From the human T2T-CHM13v2.0 reference genome, Homo sapiens, in the NCBI GenBank assembly GCA_009914755.4, contig CP068257.2, positions 8,800,001-8,864,000 of the forward strand: a stretch of DNA of 64,000 nt, given 5' to 3'. The notes beneath the pieces were generated by a model, which was not told where the DNA came from, searched no databases, and was given only the letters and a program-made list of their open reading frames with translations. The first letter of the stretch is position 1. Each line of letters begins with the position of its first letter. Both the position numbers and the translations under genes were made by a program. Positions 35,201 to 47,100 of this stretch are shown one piece after another.

Positions 35201-38200
35201 GAAGATATTTCCTTTTCCACAATAGGCCTCAAAGCACTCCAAATATCCACTTGCAGTTTCTACAAAATTGTGTTTCCAAACTGCTCAATCAGAGAAAGGT
35301 TCAACTCTGTGAGATGAATGAACATATCACAAAGAAGTTTCTCAGAATGCTTCTGTTTAGTTTTTATTGGAAGATATTTCCTTTTCCACCATAGGAGGCA
35401 AAGGGCTGCAAATATCCACTTGCAGATTCTACAAATATAGAGTTTCAAAACTGCTCTATTAAAAGATAAGGTCAACTCTGTGAGTTGAATGCACACATCA
35501 AAAAGTACTTTCTCAGAATGCTTCTGTGTAGTTTTTATGTGAACATATTTCCTTTTCCACCAAAGTCCTCAAAGGGCTCAAAATACTCACTTGCAGATTC
35601 TACAAATAGAGAGTTTTGAAACTGCTCAATCAAAATATAGGTTCAACTCTGTGAGTTGAATGCACACATCACAAAGTTGTCTCTCAGAAGGCTTCTGTGT
35701 AGTTTTTATGTGAAGATATTTCGTTTTCCGCAATAGGCCTGAAAGCACTCCAAATATCCACTTGCAGATTCCACAAAAAGTGTGTTTCCAAAGTGCTCAA
35801 TCAAAAGAACGGTTCAACTCTGTGAGATGAAACCACACATCGCAAAGAAGTTTCTCCGAGTGTTTCTGTGTAGTTTCTATGGGAAAATATTTCCTTTTCT
35901 GCCATCTGCCTCAAAGGGCCCCAAATATCCACTGGCAAATTCTACAAAAAGAGTGTTTTGAAACTGCTAAATCAAAGGAACGGTTCAACTCCGTGAGATG
36001 AATGCACACATCACAAAGAAGTCTCTCAGAATGCTTCTGTGTAGTTTTTATATGTAGATATTTACTTTTTCACAATAGGCCTCAAAGCGCTCCAAATATG
36101 CACTTGCAGATTTTACAAAAAGAGTTTTTAAACACTGCTTAATCAAAAGAAAGCTTCAACTCTGTGAGATGAATGCACACATCACAAAGAAGTTTCTCAG
36201 AATGTTTCTTTCTAGTTTTTATTGGAAGATATTTCCTTTTCCAACATAGGCCACAAAGGGCTTCAAATATCCAGTTGCAGATTCTACAAAAAGAGAGTTT
36301 GCAAACTGCTGAATCAAAACAAAAGTTCAACTCTGTGCAATGAATGCACTCATCACAAAGAAGTTTCTGAGAATGCTTCTGTGTAGTTTTTATGTGAAGA
36401 TATTTCCTTTTCCACAATAGGTGTCAGAGCACTCCAATTATGCACTTGCAGATTCTACAAAAAAAGTGTTTCAAAACTGTCCCATCAAATTGAAGGTTCA
36501 ACTCTGTGAGACGAATGTACACATCACAAAGTAGTTTCTCAGAATGCTTCTGTGTAGCTTTTATGTGAAGATATTTCCTTTTCCACCATAGGCTGCAAAG
36601 GGCTCCACATATCCACTTGCAGATTCTACAAGAAGAGGGTTTTAAAACTGGTCTATCAAAAGATAGGTTCAACTCCGTGAGTAGCATGCAAACATCACAA
36701 ATAAGTTTCTCAGAATGCTTCTGTGTAGTTTTTATGTGGAGATATTTCCTTATCCACAATAGGCTGCAACGGGCTCCAAATATCCACTTGCAGATTCTAC
36801 AAAAGGAGTGTTTCCAAACTGCTCAATCAAAATTAAGTTTCAACTCTGTGAGATGAAAGCACACATCACAAATAAGTTTCTCAAAATGCTTCTGTGTAAT
36901 TTCTTTGGGAAGATGTTTCCTTTTCCACCATCTGCCACAAAGGGTTCCAAATATCCAATTGCAGATTCTAAAAAACGGGAGCTTCAAAACAGTTCTATAG
37001 AAACATAGGTTGAACTCAGTGTGTTGAATACGCACTTCACAAAGAAGTTTCTCTGAATGCTTCTGTGTAGTTTCTATGTAAAGATATTTCCTTTGCCACC
37101 ATAGGCCTCAAAGCACTCCAAATATCCACTTGCAGATTCTAAAAAGAAAGTGTTTCGAAACTGCTCAATCAAAAGAAAGGTTCAACTCTGTGAGATAAAT
37201 CCGCACATCACAAAGAATTTTCTCAGAATGCTTCTGTGTAGTTTTTATGTGAAGATATTTCCTTTTCCACCATAGATCACAAAGCACTCAAAATATCCAC
37301 TTGCAGATTCTACAAAAATGGTGTTTCCAAACCGCTCAATGAAAAGAAAGGTTCAACTCTGTGAGATGAAAGCACACATCACAAAAAAGTTTCTGAAAAT
37401 GCTTCTGTGTAGTTTTTATGTGAAGATATTTCCTTTTCCACAATAGGTCTCAAATAGCTTCCAATATCCACTTGCAGATCCTATAAAAAGAGGGTTTCAA
37501 AACTGCTCAATCAAAAGAAAGGTTCAACTCTGTGAGCTGAATGCAGACATCACAAAGAAGTTTCTCCGAATGCTTCTGTGTAGTATTTAGGTGAAGATAT
37601 TTCCTTTTCCACCATAGGCCTCAAACAGCTCAAAATATCCACTTGACGACAGTATAAAAAGATTGTTTCCAAACTGTTCAATCAAAAGAGAGTTTCACCT
37701 CTGTGAGATGAATGCACATATCACAAAGAAGTTTCTCAGGATGATTCTGTGTAGTTTTTATGTGAAGATATTTCCTATTCCACCCATAGGCCTCAAAGTG
37801 CTCCAAATATCCACTTGCAGATTCTACAAATAGAGTGTTTCCAAACTGCTCCATCAGAAGAAAGGTTTAACTCTGTGAGATGAATGCGCACATCACAGAG
37901 ATATTTCTCAGAATGCTTCTGTGTAGTTGTTATATGAATATATGTCCTTTTCCTACACAGACCTCAAATCTCTCCAAATATCTACTTGCAGATCCTACAA
38001 AAAGAGTGTTTCCAAACTGCTTAATCAAAAAAAATGTTCAAATCTGTCAGATGAATGCACACATCATAAGGAAGTTTCTCAGATTGCTTCTGTGTCGTTT
38101 TCATGTGAAGATATTTCCTTTTCCAACAAAGGCTTCAAAGGGCTTCCAATATCCACTTGCAGATTCTACAAAAACAATGTTTGCAAACTGCTCAATTAAA

Positions 38201-40329
38201 AGAAATTTTGAACTCTGTGGCATGAATGCGCACATCACAAAGAAGTTTCTCAGAATGCTTCTGTGTAGTTTTTATGTGAAGATATTTCCTTTCCCAGCAT
38301 AGGCCTCAAAGCGCTCCAAATATCCACTTGCAGATTCTTCCAAAAGATTGTTTCCATACTGCTCAATCAAAGAAAGATTCAACTATGTGAGAGGAATGCA
38401 TACATCACAAAGAAGTTTCTCAGAATGCTTCCGTGTAGTTTCCCTTTCCAAAATAGGGTGGAAAGGTTTACAAATATCCACTTGCAGATTGTACAAAAAG
38501 AGAGATTCAAAACTACTCAATCAAAAGATAGGTTCAACTCTGTGAGATGAATGCACACATCACAAAGAAGTTTCTGAGAATGCTTCTGTGTAGTTTTTAT
38601 GTGAAGATATTCTTTTTCCAAAATAGGCCACAAATCGCTCCAAATATCCACTTGCAGATTGCACAAAAAGAGTGTTCCCAAACTGCTCAATCAAAAGAAA
38701 TGTTCAACTGTGAGTTGAATGCACACATCATAAAGAAGTTTCTGAGAATGCTTCTATCTGGATTTTCTGTGAAGATATTTAATTTTCCACCATAGACCTC
38801 AAAGCTGTCCAAATGTCCACTTGCAGATTGTACAAAAAGAGTGTTTCAAAACTGCTCTATCAAAAGAAAGGTTCAACTCTGTGAGTTGAATGCACACATC
38901 ACAAAGAAGTTTCTCAGAATGCTTCTGTGTACCTTTTATGTGAAGATATTTACTTTTCTACAATAGTCCTCAAAGCGTTCCAAATATCCACTTGCAGATT
39001 CTACAAAAAGAGTGCTTCCAAACTGCTCAATCAAACGAAATGGTTCAACTCTGTGAGTTGAATGCACTCATCACAAAGAAGTTTCTCAGAATACCTCTGT
39101 GTAATTTTTATGTGAAGATATTTACTTTTCCACAGTAGGCCTCAAAGCACTCCAAATATCCAATTTCAGATTCTACAAAAAGAATGTTTCCAAGCTGCAT
39201 GATCAAAAGAGAGGTTCAGCACTGTGAGATGAATGCACCCATCACAAAGGAGTTGCTGAGAATGCTTCTGTGTAGTTTTTATATGAAAATATTTCCTTTT
39301 AAAAATAGGCTGGAAAGGGCTCCCAATATCCACTTGCAGATTCTACAAAAAGAGACATGGAAAACTGCACAATTGAAAAATAGGTTCAACTCTGTGAGTG
39401 GAATGCAAACATCACAGAGAAGTTCCTCAGAATTCTTCGGTGTAGTTTTTATGTGAAGATATTTCCTTTTCCACCATAGGCCTCAAAGCGCTCTTATATC
39501 CCCTGGCAGATTCAACAAAAAGAGTGTTTCAAAACCGTTCTATCAAAAGATAGGTTCAACTCTGAGTTGAAAGCACACATTCACAATGAAGTTTCTCAGA
39601 ATGCTTCTGTGTAGTTTTTATGTGAAGATTTTTCCTTTTCCACCATAGGCCCCAAATCACTCCAAATATCCACTTGCAGATTCTACAAAAAGAGAGTTTC
39701 AAAATTGCTCTATAAAAAGATTGGTTCAGCCTGGAGAGGTGAAGGCACACATCACAAAGAAGTTTCTCAGAATGCTTCTGTGTATTTTTTATGGGAAGAT
39801 ATATCCTTTTCCACAATAGGCCTCAAAGCGCTCCAAATATCCACTTGCAGATTCTACAAAAAGAGTGTTTTAAAACTGCTCAATCAAAAGAAAGGTTCAA
39901 CTCTGTGAGACGAATGCAAACAAAACAAAGAATTTTCTGAGAATGCTTCTGTGTAGTTATGTGAATATATTTCCTTTTCCACAGTAGGCCTCTAAGCATT
40001 CCATATATCCACTTGCAGATTCTACAGAAACAGTGTTTCAAAACTGCTCAATCAAATGAAAGATTCAACTCTGTGAGATGAATGCACACATAACAAAGAA
40101 GTTGTTCAGAATTCTTCTGTGTAGTTTTTATGGGAAGACATTTCCCTTACCACCATCAGACATAAAGGGCTCCAAATAACCACTTGCAGATTGTAGAAAA
40201 AGAGAGTTTCAAAACTGCTCTCAAAAGATAGGTTCAAAATTTTGAGTTGAATGCGCACATCACAGAGCAGTTTCTCAGAATGCTTCTGTGTAGTTTTTAT
40301 GTGAAGATATTTCCTTTTCCACCATAGGC
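32288..40329 (-). repeat. Alpha-satellite, reverse-complement orientation, family Y. It includes a >99% identical 342-bp (two-monomer) tandem duplication at ~32611-33294.
   Basis: 171-bp monomers. ORFs 32796-33014 and 33138-33356 are identical and offset by exactly 342 bp. Confidence 0.94.
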
Positions 40330-43300
40330 ACCATTGGAGCGCTTTGCGGCCAGTGGTAGAAAAACAAATATCTTCATATAAAATCTAGGCAGAAACAATC
40401 TGGGAAACTTCTTTGTGATGTGTGCTTTCATCTCACAGAGTTAAACCTTTGTTTTGATTGAGCAGTTTTGAAACTCTCTTTTCATCTCACAGAGTTAAAC
40501 CTTTCTTTTGATTGAGCAGTTCTGAAACTCCCTTTTTGTAGAATCTGCCAGTGGACATTTGGAGTGCTTTGAGATCTATGTTGGAAAAGGAAATATCTTT
40601 ACATAAAAACTAGACAGAAGAATTCTGAGAGACTTCTTTGTGATGTGTGCATTCATCTCACACAGTTTAACATTTCTTTTGATTGAGCAGTTTGGAAATA
40701 CTCTTTTTGTAGAATCTGCAAGTGGACATTTGGAGCGCTTTGTGGCCTATGGTAGAAAAGGAAATATCTTCACATAAAATCTAGACAGAAGCAATCTGAG
40801 AAACTTCTTTGTGACGTGTGCATTCTTCTCACAGAGTTAAACCTTTTTTTTTGATTGAGGAGTTTTGAAACTCTTTTTTTGTAGAATCTGCAAATGGATA
40901 TTTGGAGCGCTTTGAGGCCTATGGTGGAAAAGGGAATGTCTTCACATAAAAACTGGACTGAAGAATTGTGAGAAACTTCGTCGTGATGGGTGGGTTCATG
41001 TCATGGAGTTGAACCTTTTTTTTTTTTTTGATTGAGCAGTTTGGAAACACTCTTTTTATAGAATCTGCAAGTGGAAATTTGGAGCGCTTTGGGGCCTGTG
41101 GTAGTAAAGGAAATATTTTCACATAATATGTAGACAGAAGCAATCAAAGAAGCTTCTTTGTGATGTGTGCATTCATCTCACAGAGTTAAACCTTTATTTT
41201 GAGAGAGCAGTTTTGAAACTCTCTTTTCGTAGTATCTGTAAGTGGACATTTGGAGTGCTTTGAGGCCTATGGTGGAAAAGGTAATATCTTCACATATAAA
41301 CTAGACAGAAGAATTCTGAGATACTTCTTTGTGATATGTACGTTCATCTCACAGAGTTGAGCCTTTCTTTTGATTGAGCAGTTTGTAAACACTCTTTTTG
41401 TAGAATCTGCAATAGACATTTGGAGTGCTTTGCGGCCTATGGTAGAAAAGGAAATATCTCCACCAAAAATCAAGACGGAAGCAATCCGAGAGACTTCTTT
41501 GTGATGTGTGCATTCATCTCACAGATTTAAACCTTTCTTTTGTTTGAGCAGTTTGGAAAGTCTCTTTCTGTAGAATCTGCAAGTGGAGACTAGGAGGGCT
41601 TTGAGGCCTATGGTGGAAAAGGAAATATCTTCATATAAAAACTAGACAGAAGAATTCTGAGAAACTTGTCTGTAATGTGTGCATTCATCTCACAGAGCTG
41701 AACTTTTCTTTGGATTGAGCAGTTTGGAAACACTCTTTTTTTAAAATCTGCAAGTGGACATTTGGAGCGCTTTGCGGCCTAAGGTACAACAGGAAATAAC
41801 TTCACATAATATCTAGAGAGAAGCAATCTGAGAAGCTTCTTTGTGATGTGTGCATTCATCTCACAGAGTTAAAACTTTGTTTTGATAGAGCAGTTTTGAA
41901 ACTCTTTTTGTAGAATTTGCTAGTGGACGTTTGGAGCGCATTGAGGCCTATGGTGGAAAAGGTAATATCTTCACATATAAAGTAGACAGAGGAATTCTGA
42001 GAATCTTCTTTGTGATGTGTGCGTTCGTCTCAAAGAGTTGAAACTTTCTTTTGTTTGAGCACTTTGGAAAGACTCTTTGTAGAATCTGCAAGTGGAAATT
42101 TGGAGCGATTTGTGGCAAATGGTAGAAAAGGAAATATCTTCATATAAAATCTAGGCAGAAGCAATCTGGGAAACTTCTTTGTGATGTGTGCTTTCATCTC
42201 ACAGAGATAAACCTTTGTTTTGATTGAGCAGTTTTTAAACTCTCTTTTCGTAGCTTCTGCAAGTGGATATTTGGAGCGCTTTGGGGCCTATGGTGGAAAA
42301 GGAAATATCTTAAAATAAAAACTAGACAGAAGAATTCTGAGAAACTTCTCTGTGATGTGTGCGTTCATCTCATGGAGTTGAAACTTTCTTTTGATAGAGA
42401 AGTTTGAAAACACACTTTTCGTAGAATCTGCTAGTGGACATTTGGAGCGCTTTGTGGCCTAAGATAGAAAAGTAAATATCTTCACATAAAATCAAGACAG
42501 CAGCAATCTAAGAAGCTTCTTTGTGATGTGTGCATTCATATCACCGAGTTAACCCTTTCTTTTGATTGAGCAGTTTTTAAACTCTCTTTTTGTAAAATCT
42601 GCAAGTGGAAGTTTGGAGCTCATTGAGGTCTATGGTGGAAAAGGAAATATCTTCACATAAAAACTAGACAGAAGAATTCTGAGAAACTTCTTTGTGATGT
42701 GTGCATTCATCTCACAGAGTTGAAACTTTCTTTTGATTGAGCAGTTTGGAAACACTCCTTTTTAAGAATCTGCCAGTGGACATTTCGAGCGGTTTGCGGG
42801 CCACTGTAGAAAAGGAAATATCTTCACATAAAATCTAGACAGAAGCAATCTGAGAAACTTCTTTGTGATGTGTGCATTCATCTCACAGAGTTAAACCTTT
42901 CTTTTGGTTGAGGAGTTTTGAAAATCTCTTTTTGCAGAATCTGCAAGTGTATATTTGGAGTGCTTTGAGGCCTATGGTGAAAAGGAAATACCTTCACATA
43001 AAAACTGGACTGAAGAATTGTGAGAAACTTCCTGGTGATGAGTGGGTTCATCTCATAGAGTTGAACCTTTTTTCTGATTGAGCAGTTTGGAAACACTCTT
43101 TTTGTAGAATCTGAAAGTGGACATTTGTAGCTCTTAGCGGCCTATGGTAGAAAACGAACTGCCTTCACATAAAATCTAGACAGAAGCAATCTGATAAACT
43201 TCTTTGTCATGTATGCATTCATCTCACAGAGTTAAACCTTTCTTTCGATTGAGGGTTTTTGAAACTCTCTTTTTGTAGAATCTTCAAGTGGATATTTGGA

Positions 43301-44198
43301 GCGCTTTGAGGCCTCTAGTGGAAAAGGTAATATCTTCACATAAAAACTGGACTGAAGAGTTGTGAGAAATTTCGTGGTGATGGGTGGGTTCATCTCATGG
43401 AGTTGAACCTTTTTTCTGATTGAGCAGTTTGGAAACACTCTTTTTGTAGAATCTGCAAGTGGACATTTCTCACGCTTTGCAGCCTATGGAAGAAAACTTA
43501 ATACCTTCACATAAAATCTAGACAGAAGCAATCTGAGAAACTTCTTTGTATTCTGTACATTCACCTCACAGTGTTAAACCATTCTTTTGATTGAGCAGTT
43601 TTGAAAGTATCTTTTGTAGAAACTGCAAGTGGACATTTGGAGTGCTTGGTGGCCTATGGTGGAAACGATAATATCTTCACATAAGAACTAGACAGGAGAA
43701 TGATGAGAAACTACTTTGTGAGGTGTGCGTTCATCTCACAGAGTTGAAACTTTCTTTTGATTGAGCAGTTTGGAACCACTCTTTTTGTCAAATCTGCAAG
43801 TGGACATTTGGAGCACTTAGCGGCCAATGGAAGAAAAGGCAATATCGTCACATAAAATCTAGACAGAAGCAATCTGAGAAACTTCTTTGTGATGTGTGCA
43901 TTCATCTCACAGAGTTAAACCTTTGTTTTGGTTGAGCAGTTTTGAAACTGTCTTTTAGTAGAATCTCCAAGTGGACATTTGGAGGGCTTTGAGGCCTACG
44001 GTGGAAAAGTAGATATCTTCACATAAAAAAATAGAGAGAAGAATTATGAGAAACTTCTTTGTGACGTTTGCGTTCATCTCACAGAGTTGAACCTTTCTTT
44101 TGATTGAGGAGTTCGGAAACACTCTTTTTGTAGAATCTGCAGGTGGACATTTTGAATACTTTGTGGCCTATGGTAGAAATGGAAATATCTTCATATCA
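40330..44198 (+). repeat. Alpha-satellite, consensus orientation, dimeric family Z. Monomers alternate between ...TGGTAGAAAAGGAAATATCTTCACATAAAATCTAGACAGAAGCAATCTGAGAAAC and ...TGGTGGAAAAGGAAATATCTTCACATAAAAACTAGACAGAAGAATTCTGAGAAAC.
   Basis: The strand switch at 40329/40330 is locally palindromic. Two monomer types alternate throughout. Confidence 0.93.
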
Positions 44199-47100
44199 CA
44201 AAGAGAGTGTTTCAAAACTGCTCAATCAAAAGAAAGGTTCAACTCTGTGTGATGAATGCACTCATCACAAAGAAGTTTCTCTGAATGCTTCTGTGTAGTA
44301 TTAATTTGAAGATGTTTCCGTTTCCACCATAGGGCACAAAGGGATCCAAATGTCCACTTCCACATTCTACAAAAACAGAGATTCTAAACAGCTCAATCAA
44401 AAGATAGGCTCAAATCTGTGAGTTGAATGCACACATCACAAAGAAGTTTCTCAGAATGCTTCTGTGTAGTTTTTATGTGAGGAAATTTGCTTTTCCACGG
44501 TAGGCTTCAAAGCACTCCAAATATCCAATTGCAGATTCTACAAAAACAGTGTTTCCAAAGTGCTCAATAAAGGAAAGGATCAATTCTGTGAAATGAATGA
44601 ACACATCACAAAGAAGTTTCTCAGAATGCTTCTGTGTATTTTTTGTTTGAAGATATTTCCTTTTCCACCTTAGGCCACAAAGGGCTCCAAATATCCACTT
44701 GCAGATTCTTCAAAAAGAGAGATTCAAAACTGCTCAATCAAAAGATAGGTTCAACTCTGTGAGTTGAATGCACACATCACAAAGAAGTTTCTCAGAATGC
44801 TTCTGTGTAGTATTTACGTGAAGATATTTCTTTTTCACAGTAGTACTCAAAATGTTCCAAATATCCACTTGCAGATTCTATAAAAAGAGTGCTTCAAAAC
44901 TGCTCAATCATAAGATACGTTCAACCCTGTGAGATGAATGCACACATCACAGAGAAGTTTCACAGAATGCTTCTGTGTAGTTTTTATTTGAAGATATTTC
45001 CTTTTCCACCATAGGCCGCAAAGTGCTCCAAATATCCACTTGCAGATTCTACAAAAAGAGAGGTTCAAAGGTGCTCAATCAAAAGATCGGTTCAACTTTT
45101 TGAATTGACTGCAAACATCACAAAGAAGTTTCTCAGAATGCGTCTGTGTAGTTTTTATGTGAAGATATTTCTTTTTCCACAATAGGCCACAAAGCTCTCC
45201 AAATATCAATATGTAGATTCTCCAAAAAGAGAGATTCCAAACTGCTCAATCAAAAGATAGCTTCAACTCTGTGATTTGAATGCACACCTCATGAAGAAGT
45301 TTCTCAGAATGCCTCTGTGTAGTCTTTATGTGAAGATATATGCTTTTCCACAGTACCCCTCAAAGCGCTCCAAATATCCATTTGCAGATTCTGCAAAAAG
45401 AGAGATTTGAAAGTGCTCAGTTCAAAGATAGGTGCAACTCTGTGAGTTGAATGCACAGATAACAACGACATTTCCCAGAATGCTTCTGTGTAGTTTTTAT
45501 GTGAAGATATTTCCTTTTCCAAAAGAGTCCTCAAAGCTCTCCAAATATCCACTTCCAGATTCTACAAAAAGATTTTTTCAAAACTACTCAATCAAAAGAA
45601 ATTGTCAACACTGTGTGATGAATGCACTCAACACAAAGAAGTTTCCCAGAATGCTTCTGTATAGTTTTTATTTGAAGATATTTCCTTTTCTACCATATGG
45701 CACAAAGGACTCCAAATATCCAGTTGCAGATTCTACAAAAAGAGAGATTCAAAACTGCTGAATCCAAAGATAGTTTCAACTGTGTGAGTTGAATGCACAC
45801 ATAACAAAGGAGTTTCTCAGAATGCTTCTGTGTAGTTTTTAGGTGAAGATATTTGATTTTTCACAGTACGCCTCAGAGAGCTCCAAATATCCACTTGCAG
45901 ATTCTGAAAAAAGAGAGATTCAAAACTGTTCAATCAAAAGATAGGTAAAACTCTGTGAGTTGATTGCACACATCACCAGGAAGTTTCTCTGAATAGTTCT
46001 GTGTAGTTTTTATGTGAAGATATTTTCTTTTCCAAAATATACCTCAAAGCCCTCCAAATATCCACTTCCAAATTCTACCAAAAGAGTGTTTCAAAACTTC
46101 TCAATCAATAGAAAGTTCAACTCTCTGTGATGAATACACTCATCACAAAGAAGTTTCTCTGCATGCTTCTGAGTAGTTTTATTTGAAGATATTTCCTTTT
46201 CCTCCATAAGGCACTAAGGGCTCCAAATATCCACGTGCAGATTCTAACAAAAGATAAATTCAAAACTGCTCAATCAAAATATAGGTTCAACTCTGTGAGT
46301 TGAATGCACATATCACAAAGAAGTTTCTCAGAATGCTTCTGTGTAGTTTTTATTTTGAGATATTTCCTTTTCCACAATAGACCTCAAATCTCTCCAAACA
46401 TCCACTTGCAGATTCTGCAAAAAGAGAGATTCAAGACTGCTCAATGAAAAGATAACCTCGACTCTGTCATTTGAATGCACACCTCACATAGTAGTTTCTC
46501 AGAATTCTTCTGTGTAGTTTTTATGTGAAGATATTTGCTTTTCCAAAGTAGGCCTCAAAGGGCTCAAAATCTCCCCTTGCAGATTCTGCAAAAAGAGAGA
46601 TTCCAAACTGCTCAATCAAAAGATAGGTTCACCTCTGTGTGACGAATGCACTCATCACAAAGAAGTTTCCCAGAATGCTTCTGTGTAGTTTTTATGTGAA
46701 GATATATCCTTTTCCACCCTAGGGCACATAGGGCTCCGGATATCCACTTGCAGATTCTACCAAAAGGGAGATTCAAAACTGCTGAGTCAAAAGATAGGTT
46801 CAATTCTGTGAGTTGAATGCACACATAACAAAGAAGTTTCGCAGAATGCTTCTGTGTAGTATTTATGTGAAGATATTTCCTTTTGCACAATAAGACTCAA
46901 ATCTCTCCTAATATCCACTTGCAGGTTCTACAAAAAGAGTGTTTCCAAACTGCTCAATCAAAAGAAAGCTTAAACTCTGTGAGATGAATGCACACATCAC
47001 AAAGAAGTTTCTCAGAATGCTTCTGTGTAGTTTTTATATGAAGATAATTGCTTTTCCTCAGTAGGCATCAAAGCACTCAAAACATCCAATTGCAGATTCT

